In this document: positions 1 to 12,700 of the stretch, one piece after another
Layout of the letters: each line of letters begins with the position of its first letter
How positions within the stretch are numbered: position 1 is the first letter of the stretch
Source of the DNA: Giardia intestinalis
Lineage: Eukaryota
Direction: 5' to 3' (one strand)
DNA length: 64,000 bases
Assembly (NCBI GenBank): GCA_000002435.2
Contig: CM018790.1
Translations under genes and position numbers: made by a program
The notes under the pieces: model-generated
Databases searched by the model: none
What the model was told of the DNA's origin: nothing
Seen by the model: the letters and a program-made list of their open reading frames with translations, nothing else

Positions 1-636
1 TCTTCGGCATTTTCGGTGAGAAATAACCCTTTCATTTCACCCTGGCGGAAAGTGGCTCGTTTGCTCAGTCGCTTGTTTGCGCGCGACCTCTGTCCAATGA
101 GTGACCGCCTCACCTCTAGGTTCGTACCCATCAGCAGCTGCGCATAGTGAGCATATAAATCTGTATTCATTGCAAAATTACTTTGTTTGTCTAATCAGTA
201 GTTCTTTGAAATCTCTCGGCGCGCTAGAGCAATAGATAAAAGGGAAGTGTGTCCGAAGAAACGTGCACGGAAATTCATAGTCAGAATAAGCCTTGGTCAC
301 CTTAGTACTGTAGCTGCTACCAACAAGGAAGCTCCGTACTGTCTCTATGCTTCCTTGCAATATGTATACAAAGTCTATACATTCGTTACTAGCATTGCTA
401 GATCTATGCATACTAACTTGGTTTCTATTCTGAGTTTCTATTCTGAGATAGATACTCTTTCAGAGTTGTGCCGTTAACAGAGTGTTACAGTGGTCAACAG
501 CCCATATGCTCCAATGCATTAAGCGATGTATGAGTCTGCAAGTCTAGAGTTCCTCCATAACGACTCTTAGATGCTAAATTGATGTGCCAACAGCCTTCCA
601 GTTATGGCATGGATCTAACGTGGATCTTAAAAAAAC

Positions 637-1401
637 ATGAGCGAAGAGGGCGGACAGGTGACTGTGTTGGGCTCGTTTCTATTGGCCAACGAGACTCGTC
701 TGCCATTAGCCTACAGAAACAAGGAGCGTCTTGGTGCAGCAATGCTACGCAGATGCGCTAACGAGATAGGAGGCGAGTTCGACACAGACTCCGCAGATAT
801 TGCTCATTTAGGACCGGTGGATGATCTCTCCGCACGAGAAGATGAAATCCTCTTAGACAGGGATGTTGCTGCGCTGATGAACATGGACGAGCTCGACCTT
901 CAGAGACTGCTGGAAGACCTCGAGCAAGAGGTTGACCGCACTTTCAGCTCTGATGTTCTCGTCCAGTGGGCTGCCCGACGCCCAGAAGCAGTCGCTTTTG
1001 CCCAAGATGACGAGAACTACAAGATGGCAACGGAGTCCATCAGGGATAGCGCTGGAACAATTTGCATGAAAATGTATGAAGATATAAGGGAGAAGAATAC
1101 TCTGGAAAAGGACCTTGTGCGGGTGTTAGATCAAAATATAGCAGAACTTCAGTCAGCCGCTCTTCAGCTGACTTCTCAACAAACAAGCGACGTAGTCGGG
1201 AATGTACGTCACTCGCTCATACACATAAAAATGCGTCTCGATGAGCGCCGCAGACAATCTACCTCGAGGCGGGCGTGTCGGGTTAAGAAGGCCGAAAGGA
1301 AAGAAATGTACTTAGCCGTGGCACCAAGTGACCAAGAGGCCCGCTTGCACGAGCTGAGACAACGGGTTGCACACTATATAGCAGCTGATGCAGGCGTGTA
1401 A
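637..1401 (+). CDS. hypothetical acidic/coiled-coil protein (254 aa)
   Basis: True ATG at 637 directly after AT-rich 'cttaaaaaaac'; uninterrupted ORF; charged heptad-like composition; no family recognised. Converges on the Cpn60 stop with a 21-bp gap. Confidence 0.45.
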   Translation: MSEEGGQVTVLGSFLLANETRLPLAYRNKERLGAAMLRRCANEIGGEFDTDSADIAHLGPVDDLSAREDEILLDRDVAALMNMDELDLQRLLEDLEQEVDRTFSSDVLVQWAARRPEAVAFAQDDENYKMATESIRDSAGTICMKMYEDIREKNTLEKDLVRVLDQNIAELQSAALQLTSQQTSDVVGNVRHSLIHIKMRLDERRRQSTSRRACRVKKAERKEMYLAVAPSDQEARLHELRQRVAHYIAADAGV

Positions 1402-1422
1402 CACGTCCTAAAATAAATTGTA

Positions 1423-3066
1423 CTATTTATTTTTAAACAGATTGGTGTCGGTGGGAATTGGTTGAACAACTGCGTCTGTGTTCAAAAGAACAGACGAAAC
1501 TCCCAGTGCAGAATCAAGTGCAGTTGTAACTACTTTGGTTGCATCCAGTATGCCTGCTTTCTCCATGTTAACAAATTGCCCATTCAGGGCATCAAAGCCA
1601 TAGAAGTTGTCCGGAGAGTTCTTTATGGCTTCAGCCACAACGTGGCCACTTGCTCCTGCACTTTCAGCGATGATCCGGGCAGGTTCATGAAGGGCAGCGA
1701 TGAGGGCTTTGTGTGCTGCGATAGTCACCGGGTCTGCTACCTTTCCTTCGGCAAGCTTTCGCTCCATTACCTGTGCTGCACGCAGAAAAGCTACTCCACC
1801 ACCCGGCAAAAGTCCTCCCTCAAGAGCAGCCCGGGCTGCAGAGAGAGAATCTATATATCTATCTTTCTTTTCCTCTGCCTCAAGCTCTGTTTTCGCGCCT
1901 ATGCGGATAGTACACACCTTACCCAATAGTCTGCCTATACGTTCATTTAACTTACTCCGTTGATAGTTGGTGAGGTTATTCGATTCTAAAAGAGAACGCA
2001 GACCCGCGACACGTCCACGGATAAGTGAGTTGCAGTTCTTGTCGTCATTGAAGTGTAAAACTGTATTTGCTGGTGTTATGATTGCTTTGTGACAGGATCC
2101 AATATTAGAAAGAACCGCGCTTCCCGGAGCACTGGCAGTGTGGAGCTCATCTGAGATATACGTCGGTATCCCCACTACTGCTGCAAGATCCTCCAGTACG
2201 CCCTTCTTAACGTCTCCGTAGCCTGGAGCGCGGACGGCACAGCAACGCACAGTACCTTTGAGTGTATTGATTGCGAGTGTACTTAATGCGTCCCCTGTCA
2301 CATCCGATGCTATAATAAGAAGTGGTCTTTTCTCTTTCACGCAACGTTCCAGAATAGAAACAAGAGGAGCTGCTGAGGACAGAACTGTGTCGGTAATGAC
2401 CACCAACGGGTTGGTGAGCTCAAGGTAACGGGAGCCTCCCAGAGCGAAATAAGGAGACAAAAACCCACTTGGAATGGAGCATCCGTCGGTAACGTTAAGC
2501 GTGTCAATGTCTGTATATCCATCCTCGACAGTTATTGTTCCTTCTCGGCCAACAGCCGCAAATGCGTCAGAAACAACCTTACCAATTTTGGGGTCGTTGT
2601 TGGCTGCAATTGTGGCCACGCTATAAAGCATCTTATTGCTCTCAATGGCTCTGGATTGCTTTCTTAGAGATTGGAGGCAATCTACACCAGCTGAATTGAG
2701 AGCCTGGAGTAACTGGAGATTCCCTAACCCACTTAATGCATACTTGTTCATCTCATTGACTAGTTTGCCGGAGAGAATAAGAGAAGTTGTGGTTCCATCC
2801 CCTGCCATGGTATTTGTACGAAGAGACGCATCTTTAATGAGGTCGGCACCCACGCCTTCCAGTCCAGATAAATTAATTGCTCGTGCAACTGAGACCCCAT
2901 CCTTCGTCACCTTCGTGGTGCCAGATGCACTTCCATCTGCCAGAATAACTGCGCGTCCTCGGGGGCCGAGTGTGGTAGCCACAACATCTGCAATGGTCTT
3001 AATCCCTCGGAGAAGTCCCGACCGCGCATCCTCTCCACTAATGACGGAGGTATAATGCTGGAGCAT
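1423..3066 (-). CDS. cpn60: chaperonin Cpn60 (HSP60/GroEL family), mitosome-type
   Basis: 547-aa ORF with GroEL-family signatures (GPRGRAVIL, AGDGTTTS, GGGVAF..., TKDGVSVA). ATG at 3066-3064, preceded on its strand by AT-rich 'ctttaaagcatataa'. Confidence 0.9.
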   Translation of the reverse strand: MLQHYTSVISGEDARSGLLRGIKTIADVVATTLGPRGRAVILADGSASGTTKVTKDGVSVARAINLSGLEGVGADLIKDASLRTNTMAGDGTTTSLILSGKLVNEMNKYALSGLGNLQLLQALNSAGVDCLQSLRKQSRAIESNKMLYSVATIAANNDPKIGKVVSDAFAAVGREGTITVEDGYTDIDTLNVTDGCSIPSGFLSPYFALGGSRYLELTNPLVVITDTVLSSAAPLVSILERCVKEKRPLLIIASDVTGDALSTLAINTLKGTVRCCAVRAPGYGDVKKGVLEDLAAVVGIPTYISDELHTASAPGSAVLSNIGSCHKAIITPANTVLHFNDDKNCNSLIRGRVAGLRSLLESNNLTNYQRSKLNERIGRLLGKVCTIRIGAKTELEAEEKKDRYIDSLSAARAALEGGLLPGGGVAFLRAAQVMERKLAEGKVADPVTIAAHKALIAALHEPARIIAESAGASGHVVAEAIKNSPDNFYGFDALNGQFVNMEKAGILDATKVVTTALDSALGVSSVLLNTDAVVQPIPTDTNLFKNK

Positions 3067-3173
3067 TTATATGCTTTAAAGCATTGGAAGGTGTCAGCAT
3101 CTGATAAAATTTACACCTCCACAGTAGTAGCGACGATAGTTGATTGATCGAGCAAACCAATCCCACTGCCATT

Positions 3174-3610
3174 TCAGTGCTGCCCGTGCCTTTTCTTCTC
3201 TTCGCTTGCAAGAATGTCACTTTCGCTAAGGACGTTCTTGTTAAAGGAGGGTATGCGTACTGTCGCTCCCTCCAGCATGCTACTGAGTTTTACTGCACAC
3301 GAAAGCCGCGATGTGGGCTTGGGGTTGGGTACCTGATCTAGGAGAACCGCTTCTTCCTTTGTCGCTCGCGGAATACGCTTGTACGTCTTTTTGTCCAAAT
3401 AAACACCGCAGGTACCACAGCCAAGGTGTCCTTCGCACGCGTCCTGAATGGGGATATGCGCAGCCTTGATGGCATCTAGTAAGCTCTGGCCGACAGCACC
3501 TGAAACTGTGTGTTCCACGCCCTGTTGGACCACTCGGAACGTTATGAAGCGCCCTGTGTGTTAGTTGTTTGGGTGGTTCTCAACATAGTTATTGACGATA
3601 GTAGAGACAT
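3174..3610 (-). CDS. [2Fe-2S] ferredoxin (adrenodoxin-type), two exons: 3589..3610 and 3174..3553
   Basis: Exon 2 carries the 2Fe-2S cysteine motif CEGHLGCGTCGV...SRLSC, but it has no in-frame ATG; the ORF track's 'M' at 3533 is a GTG. An upstream ATG at 3610 plus a 35-nt intron joins in frame to give MSLLSSIRRFITFRVVQQGVEH... (402 nt = 133 aa + stop). Confidence 0.8.
3554..3588 (-). other. 35-nt spliceosomal intron (5' CT...AG 3') in the ferredoxin gene
   Basis: Minus-strand sequence is ctatgttgagaaccacccaaacaactaacacacag. It ends in the Giardia intron 3' consensus ACTAACACACAG (branch point fused to the 3' splice site). The 5' end CTATGTT is the non-canonical CT variant of GTATGTT. Removing it restores the frame and the start codon. 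Confidence 0.8.
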
Positions 3611-3738
3611 GGAGTCTCAAGTTTTAAAATGTTCATGGTTTTTGTGGTAGGCTAAAATTGCCAAACGTTACGTCAAAGTGTATGACAGTATAGGTTAACA
3701 CTGGCCTCAGTCGGCCATAAAGATTCGAGTCATAAAAA
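3611..3738. promoter_or_regulatory. bidirectional AT-rich promoter region (ferredoxin on - / 3123-aa gene on +)
   Basis: 128-bp divergent intergenic spacer. Both ATGs are abutted by A/T-rich initiator-like sequence (…cataaaaaATG on +). Confidence 0.4.
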
Positions 3739-6700
3739 ATGCTTCCAACTTTGTTTGTTAAGGTAGATAACGCACAGAAATGGAGCACAACTGATATAAA
3801 ACAGCCCATAGAAAGTGAAGTACTTGATGTTGATATGGTCAGAAGGGTACTAGGGCGGGCTTTTGATCTAAGCAAGTGTCCCCCTAAGCCTACCATTATG
3901 CATGTGGCTAGCTCTGCGCTGTGCAGGGATCCCGTTCCCAGTAGTGTGCTTACTCGGTACGAACAACTCTCAGACCCGCCAATTCTTCTCCGGTCTGTCA
4001 TCGAGCTATTAACGAGAAAATCGGCGATTTGTGTATGGCCACGGCCTAACCCCTCCATAAATTGCGTCAGATTCCAGTTGTCAGCTTCTGAGATGGATGA
4101 GTTGATAGCTCCCCAGCATTCTAACAATATACATCGAGCCACAGATGCAATCCTTAGCGGCCAGCCGGCCTTTCTCCCTGTACGCTATCCCTCTTATTCT
4201 AGCGGATCTTTAGAAGCCTTAGGCGATTTGTCAGGCTATAGCATGGTTCCTAGGAGCTTACGGTCCCCTGGGGGTTCTCGGCGGCCTTGCCTCCACCTTC
4301 TCATTGATATTACCAATGTAACCTATGGAGACACGAATAAGCAACGATATGAGCCTCTCTGGGGCTCCCTAGCGGTTTATCTACGGCGCACAACCGATTC
4401 AAAGCTTACCCTTCACAAGGTCAGTGAAAGCGCACACTTCGACTTCACTACAAAGGATGTGCTAAGTTTAATGGGTCATGAGTCCTCCGGGAGGGACGTA
4501 ACTGCAATTGCTGAGGCCAGCAGGCTTGTTGAGCTTAGGTTTCCCTTGGATTGCGACTACAATTTGGCAGATTTAGTCCTGGTCATGCAACTGGAACAGC
4601 TCTGGCACAATGAACACCAAACAAGGCACGCAATCTATTCTAAGATCATGTCTCAGGAAGGAAAGCAATCTTCCAAAGGCGCGGCGAGAGAGGCAGCCAA
4701 GATGGCCACAGCCAGTATAATTGCAGCCAGCACAGCAAGTGTGGTGAATACGGGGGGTGAAAAGAAGACGCTTTTTGATACTGTCGGCTCTAATGGCTCT
4801 GTAGTGATGACAGAACTTCAGAAGAAGGATCAGAACTCTATTTGCTCACGGGCTGCCAATGTATGGAAGCGTGCTGGTGCAGTGAGGACGCCTGTAGCTT
4901 TCGGCTTTGCATCTCTGGACTTGTCGTCTCTCCTCCTCTCTCCACAGCCAATTTTGGATGGTGTTCATAAGCCATCTTCCGATAAGCTCATGCAGTACAT
5001 TCTGAAATCACACGCACCTATTCTCAGCGGAGATAAAATTCTCATTACACCGCTTTCTAGATACAATCATGGACCAGCGTGGCACTTCGTCCTCTTAGAT
5101 CAAAGTTATGAAGATTTCTTGACTAACTCGGAGGGATTCCACGAACTTCTGGAGGAGCACTACCGTGAATGGTTACGCAAGAACATACCCGAAGTCCACT
5201 ACATCCATGCTTCGCTCACAGTGCAGTTTCTCAACTTGGGAGTCTTCCACCGGTCCAAGAGCATTCTCACTATCTTTTCGGAGCTCTTTTCTTCTACCTC
5301 ACTCAACCCAGACATGACAATCAACCAGACAGTTGCGAGGCAGAGATATCTGCGCAAAGCCTACAACTCGAGCGTGTCATCCTCTTCGGCAAACGATACA
5401 CCTTATTTCCAGGGCACTGATGGTATGAGCTATCCTACTGAGCTGGCTGCTCTTTTATCTGGGGCAGCAGACTGCAGTGCTCCAATTACAGCAGATGACC
5501 TGGTGCGGCTACTCTCAACGAACAGCGAGGCAAACCTGGCACGGGGTATAATGGACTTAGAGGTAGGTGCTACAAGCATCTCCCAGCAAGCAACTACGGC
5601 CCATGGGATTGTGTATTCTGCAGAGCTCGATAACTTCTTCAACAAGCATGCATTTCTGTCACCACTGAACACAGGAATGTTCAACAATAGAATGTATTTA
5701 TATATGAGCAAGTGCTACATCCGACGTAAGTTCACTGGGAACCTGCTTGTGCGTGTGGAACTGCGTGATAGTGATGACTTGTCGTCATATACTATTATTC
5801 AGTCGTTTTACTCTCGGTACACAGATAACTACAACCCAACAAATGCACCATCCTCGAGCATATTTTGCAGTTCTGTCGTCCAGCTGACTGGCTATGAAAG
5901 CTCCAGAGTTGCTCAGCTAGGCGTCAATACTGTGGACCTTCCCCTCTTGCTTCCATCCCAATTAACTTGCTGTGCACCCCACACCAAGGCAGCGTACTTT
6001 GGTACTGAATTCAAGTTGGAACTTCCTTTAGTTATTACAGAGGGCATGCATTTCTTTTTCACGATATATTCGGTCAATGCCTTGCACGGCGATAAGCAAG
6101 ACCGGCTTGTATCACTTGATGACACGATACTCAGCCATGCCAGCAGTGCGTCTGGTATCACTCTAGGGGCATCCAATTTTTCCACATCCATGTCCACAGC
6201 GAGCACTATCTATCGATCCTCTCGGCAGCCAGATTCCACAACAAAGTCTGCGACCACGCACCGTGCTGTCAAGAACGACGCCTTCACCCCTATAGGCTAT
6301 GCCTATCTCCCGCTTCAACAGTTTGACTCTGCACACAACCGCATGTACCATCTCTCTGCCGACTATCTCTCCCTACGAGTGTTTGAGACAGATTTGTCTT
6401 CAGGGTATCTTTCTGCTTCTCCAATCGGAGACCGCACAAGCTCTCACCTAGTCGTAAAGTGCACATCTCAAAGCTCCATTTTCACTCAGAATGTTAATGT
6501 TTTTCAAGTCCTAGAGCAGTACAGTCTGATTGATCAAAGCATCTCCCGCGCGACTGGCTCCATTGCCGGAACCGTGGCAAGCTCGGGCTCCTCTGCCTAT
6601 GAGATAGAGCTTTCTCCCCTAGAGCTTTCCAAATTACTAACTTCTCTTAATGCCAGGCTGCAGGATCTTCTCGAGGTTCTCCAGAAAGGTGAGGACCCGG

Positions 6701-9700
6701 ATCTAATGGTGTCTCTTCTTCACTATCTTCCGGTGTTTATAACAATGCATTCTACTATTCAGTCACGCATACTTCTAATAAGGGAAGTGACTGAGAGCTC
6801 TGTTGTGCTTACAAGTATGGCTCGTGGGCTTTCTCTTTTAGTGCTGATAACACGAACTTTTGAGAGAGACCAGCCATCGAGCCACGACGCTGCTCTTTCT
6901 TATGCACAACGAATTCTCTTTAGTGCATGTGTCTTTCGAAGTAAGCCTCAGTATGACGCATTGCTCCGCGACCAGACGCAGTATGGAAAATTGGTGTCAC
7001 CGTTCCTTCCTTTGGAGCCGGAGCTCAATGCTAATAAGGCTTCAAGGCTGGAAAGGCTGGAAAACATTTCAAAGTTGCAGGAACCGTGGAAGAAAGTATC
7101 TACTACGTCTGCCTATTCCCTTTCATTTCTTCTAGATAGTCGGACCTGTTTTAACAACCCTGTGCCTTCTTTTTACACTAAGCCTTGTACTGACGAAGTA
7201 CCCTCGATCGTTGCCAATGCCGTTTATAAAAGTGCCTACCCAGAGACTCTCTCCGAGCTTACGGGCTTCGTGGAAGCTGCCCTTCTTCACCTAGACGCAG
7301 ACACATCTCTTGGTGCTGCTCTGCAGGCCTCATGGTATAGCCTTCAGCAAATTGAGAAGTCTCTTGCCTTTATATTTGCCGAAACAGAGTGCACTCTGGA
7401 GCACCGATTCTATGAGGCGCTTACACCAGGAGGCCTTCTTTCTCCGATGTCCCAGTCTAAGAGTAGCCCATCAGACGGCGCTAATGCATATGTTCCCCTG
7501 TCACCTCTTAATAGCAAACAAACACCTGTTCTTTCGAGTACTAAATCCCCAGCAACTGTACACACAGATGCTGATCTTCTTTATCTTCAGAGCAGCCTAC
7601 AGAGACTACTGATCATCCTAGGGCGAAAAATGCTGGTCTATATTGCTAGGACCTTAGATAAAGCCGGAGTTCTCCCGGATGTCTCTCGCTCAATTGCCCG
7701 AGTGATATCAGTGTGCCACGCCTTTCATTACGATACTCTAGGCTCGGTACTTACTACTTGTTTCTGTGGCCAAGTGCTACCTACATTAGTCGACACCTCA
7801 TGGTCTTATGGCGAGTTCAAGCAGTTCCAGATCTTCACAAGCATTCAGGACCAAATCAAGGATATGCACTCCACTAACTTTATGTGGAACACCATTGAAG
7901 CAGAGACGCTGGCCAGCATAGAGACCCCTGAACCTGTTGCAAAGATTCTGACCCACTGCTACAAGAACATCTATTATCCCTTCTTTTCCGAAATGTTCTC
8001 TTTAGGGCTACCATATATTCACTTTTCCTACAACCAGTTTCGTCGCTATTCTAAAGCTGGCCGTATAGAAAGCGAAATTGCGCCAGTTCCTCCAGATAAC
8101 TTGGTCTCTATTCGCGAACTTGCCCGTGCACCCGAGGTTCGGTCAGACTCTGTGTCCTCTCACGCTCTGACAAATATGGCTACTAAGCAAGTGCTTCCAC
8201 CATCTTCTCCCACGCAACGAGCTTCTAGTACTTCCACTCCTGTCCCTGGCAGCATTGTTAGAACGATCCCCTCAGCAGCTATTGGGGGCTTTTCTCCACC
8301 TCAAACTCCCGTTTTCCCATCTACGGATAAGTCCTCGCAGCCTGATAAGCAGCGCCAAGATCTATTTAATTCTATTGAGCGCCTGACCACCGAGCAACTC
8401 GTCCCTCCTCTTCTCAAGTATTTTCAGGAAGTGCTGGTTCACTGTCTTATGCGATGTGACAGTGCCACAGTGCAGTTGATAGTGATGTTTATGAAGGAGC
8501 TACTGTTAGACATTCCCTTTTTCACCACAGACGCATTCTTCGGAGGCTGGGACAAGTATACTCATCATACAGCCTTCTTGGTTCGGCCAGTGTTTTATGC
8601 TCTTATCATGACCTTTACCAGAGTAATCTCGCTCTCCTATTCTGCTGATCTACCACAGGCAGTGGGAGCTGCTGCGATAACACAGAGAGCAGAGGCAAGT
8701 GTTTCCGTGGAGGAACGGAAGGTTGACCTCACCTATGGAGAGTCAAGTGATCCGTCAATTCCTGGCTTACAGGCTCAAGACAGTGCGAATCTCCGGGTCG
8801 CTAAAATACAATCTGCGTCCATGGAGCCCAGTAACATCTCCACAATGTCCGGGACACCAAATCTTCAGTTGGGCCGCCTCCCGACCAACATTGCAGCAAC
8901 AAACGCACCAGATAGAGCTATCTCTACAGTTATTGTGCGAACGGTCATCCATCTTATCCTATTTGCGCTTGTCTACGACCGTGACGTCTTAAGTCTCACC
9001 ACCACGTCTCTTGATCATCTAGCTACTGTCTGTCAATGCATTTCTATGATTCCAAAATATTATTCGAGTGACTCGTTGGCCTCCTCGCACTTTCTATCCG
9101 TAGGATCAATGAGCTTTCTGGATCATCACATGGCTAACATATATCAAGCGGCAACGCGGTACGAGATGGACTATATTGTGAAAAGCAGTGAGTTCCACAG
9201 CGCTACAGATAAGATGGCGTGTTTGGTTGGTGTATATCTCAGACAGCTTGAACTTCTTTATTCCCCTTCCCATATTTCAACAAGTCCACAAGTCGATTTG
9301 GCCGCTATAAAATCCCGGCACCAGAGACGGCCGATTAAAGCAAAGATATTTCGTAACCTGTTTGCTAAGAAGCGTTCCGCTAGCTCAACAAAGGGCCTGG
9401 GTCATAATGGGGAACTGGATCTGCTTGAGACGAGTACACTAGCAACCCCCAGTGAGCGCCAGGACAGGTCTCCCATCCGAAAGAGTCTGTTCGATAGCAA
9501 CGCAACGCCTCCGCGAAGCAAGAACGCATTTGTAACGGGCAGAAAGCGTGTCTCCATGCGATCGAAGTCTAAAGGGGGGCAATTGGACAAAATACCAGTG
9601 CAGGAGGCTTCTCAAGACGGAGTGACTGGAGACTATAGCGATATGGATGAGTTTTCTGCCCTGCAGGCATCCCTACTAATCAGCAGTGTTAGGAGCTCGT

Positions 9701-12700
9701 TCCGCAATAGCGGAAGGCTGGGACTATTAGAAGCATCAACAGAAAGCAGTATTCTATTTGATAATCAGTCAGATTCCACCGTATTTCAGCTATATACCAT
9801 AGCTGATTTGGCCACGGATACCTCTGCAAACCAGGCACTTCAAAAGGTAGACGAGCAATGTATCGCTCATCTAGGTCATATTATCCTCGTGCTCGGACTG
9901 TCGTATTTCAAGCGCGTTTTTCACCAATTCCGTATCCTCATTTCCACTATCAAAGGACACGGCGACTACAGGCGCATCATTTCTGGGGGTCCCTTTTATC
10001 CTACTCTTTTAGGTCCTGATAGCTTGCGGCACTCCCCACTCGCTACCAGAGAGCTGGGCAACGTGCAGAATTCCACTGTAATAAAACGAAAGTCGATTGA
10101 TCCGGCAGACAAGTCGTCTGAGCAGGCAAGGCAGAATACCTCCTTCAAGCGCTTAGAAGATGTACCCAACTCGCATACCCTGGTGTGCATGATCGCTAGA
10201 ATGGTGTGGGCGGTGCATCTTACTATTTATAACTTTATTCCTTGCCCCTTATTTACTGATCAACTCAGAATTAAGCTCTTGGATTATGCACGTGACTTCG
10301 TGAGCGGGTATAAGGACTACTTGTATATAGATTCACGGTACTCATCCATTGAGCCGATGTTTGCGTACTTTAACATATATAGGGTTCTATTCCGTTTAGC
10401 AATGGAAAGTAGGGGAGCCCTGCAGAATAAGTCGCTCGCTCCTGCAAAGGACAATAACGATGATCAGCATAAGAAGGCAGTTGAACTCGCAATCGAAGGC
10501 AAAGAAAAACTGTATAAAAAGTCAGTTGAGCTTGTCAGAATGCTGCTTCGAGAAGAGAGCTATCGCATAAATAGGGTTAACAACGTTAGTCTAGTCCAGA
10601 TATCCACTCTTTTCTCAAGTCTAGTCACGAATAAGAACGAGTACGAGACCATGCTCATTGTGATTGATGATATAACTAGAGATAGCAACGCACTGGCTAA
10701 TATATCTGAGAAGCTGCGTCAGATTTTACTGGATCGAAACCATATAAATAACATGGCATTCTGCATCAATCCACATACCGGAAAGCAGTGCTACCAACTG
10801 GATTATCTTTTGAACCTGTACTTTGACCAGGCAGAGCTCTACTTTCAGCAACCAGAGATGCGCTTTGAAGCATTACACGCGTTGTTCCATCTTTTACTGG
10901 AGCATGACAGGCAAATTGAGGCAGCCCACATGGCAATTTTAATGTGCAGCCTCATTTCTGAGTTGACCCACCGAGAGGCCACTATAAGCGACTCCTATGA
11001 CGTGGAACTGCGTTATGCGATCATTCCTGGTCTTCTGATAAGCTCCAAATCGTCGAGGTCTGCCCTTTTGTCGCCAAGGTCTGGCTCACAGGCGCTCTAT
11101 CAAAACATTGTTGATTCTCCGACAATTTCTAGCGTAATTTCGCAAATACCCTATCGGCTGGAGCAAATATGGTTGTTCAGGGAGTGCATCCATGACTTCC
11201 GGCGTATTCTCCCAGGTCTCACGATACAGACGGAAAAAGATGTGATCCAGAGAATGTTTGATCAGAGTGCTTCTCCCTTCTCTCTACACGATTTTTTTGG
11301 ACATCTGGCCACAGCAGGCGAGATCTTTTTAAAGAGCAACTATTTTTGGCAAGCGTCTGTTGTATTCAGTCTGCTACTGCAGCTACATAACAAGTTTGGG
11401 AACATTAACAAAGCAATCGAAGCAGCAGAGCTATACACCAAATCTATCAAGCAATACCTGGCAGGCGAACAAGTGACCAAGTCACGGATGTACCTCGTGT
11501 CATTCCATAACTTCAGTGAAGATGTGGACGTTGAGGAATACATATACTGTAATAACCTCAGTCCAGATGACTTCCGCCTCAATCTGAGAACATTCTATAC
11601 CGCTAAGTACCCTGACGTTATTATTTGCGGCCAGGGCTCGAGACTTGATTCAGACCAAATAAAAGCAAAGACGATACGCATAGCAAATGTGACACCCATC
11701 ACACTCATACCAGGGACAGATTTGACAGAGTCAATCTTGAATCGAATTCAAACATCGCTGCTAGCATACTTTTCCAGGATAATCGGCTCCACGCCAGCAT
11801 CCAACCAACATCACTCGCATGGCCTCAGGAACGTTGCTGTCAATTCTACTGCGAGTGCAATCACCGAAGACTCGCCTCTTAGACCATTGTCGCCTGTTCC
11901 CAGGTTTTCTCAACAAAGACTCGATGCTGCTGGATTTAATGTACATAGATATATTGCTCTAGTTCTTTCGTACGTCTGTGGAGCGACTGGACCCAACTAT
12001 TCCTCCTTAGATCTAAAAGTTAGGCATCCAGACATACAAAAGCAAGGTGCACATCTTTACTCTTTCGTCTTCAAGTACTCGTATGCGGATACACACGAGG
12101 TGGATAGGAGACAAGATGGGAAAACAGCCGTATACGGACAAATAGATCGGTATTGCTTCGTTCCTTACGCATTTCCTTCTTACAAGACTCGTCAGATAGT
12201 AATAGGCTCGTACAGTAACAAGATTCCTCCCATAGTCGCAAGCGCGTTTAGGGTTCTTGAAAAGGCTGCGGCCATCACTCAGCACGTGCAGAATAAGGAT
12301 CCGCTCGGACAGATCCAGCTTACGCTTTCTGGCATGCTTATGGCATTTGTCAACAAAGGACCCGTGCATCTAGCCGAGCTATTCCTGAAGAGAATCGTCC
12401 CAGCCGAGCATAACACTATGCCTAAAGACTTGCACTCCAATCGAACCCAAACCCCTGTCTTGAGTAATGCACTGAGCATAGGCAATCTTAGCATTGCACG
12501 GGTGATATCTCAACGTGCCATCGAGGGAACTCCTCAGGCACAGACTCTACAAGTCTCTATAACCGCGGAAAGTGACACCACGCAGGGGCGCTTCAGTGGA
12601 GCCTTTGGGGCTCTGTATCCCGGTCTCCCAGGAACCACAGTGGGAGCGGGCGCAAGCTATGACACGCTTACACGCTGCAGTATAAGGAATGATGAGCCGT

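Noticed and set aside
1-131. Possible 5' end of a minus-strand gene running off the window start (ATG at 131, 43 open codons)
   Set aside because: Too short and unsupported; no recognisable motif and a weak initiator context.
3633-4142. 169-codon ORF overlapping the 5' end of the 3123-aa gene on the opposite strand
   Set aside because: The start codon is GTG, and it overlaps a strongly supported gene with no own promoter; spurious.
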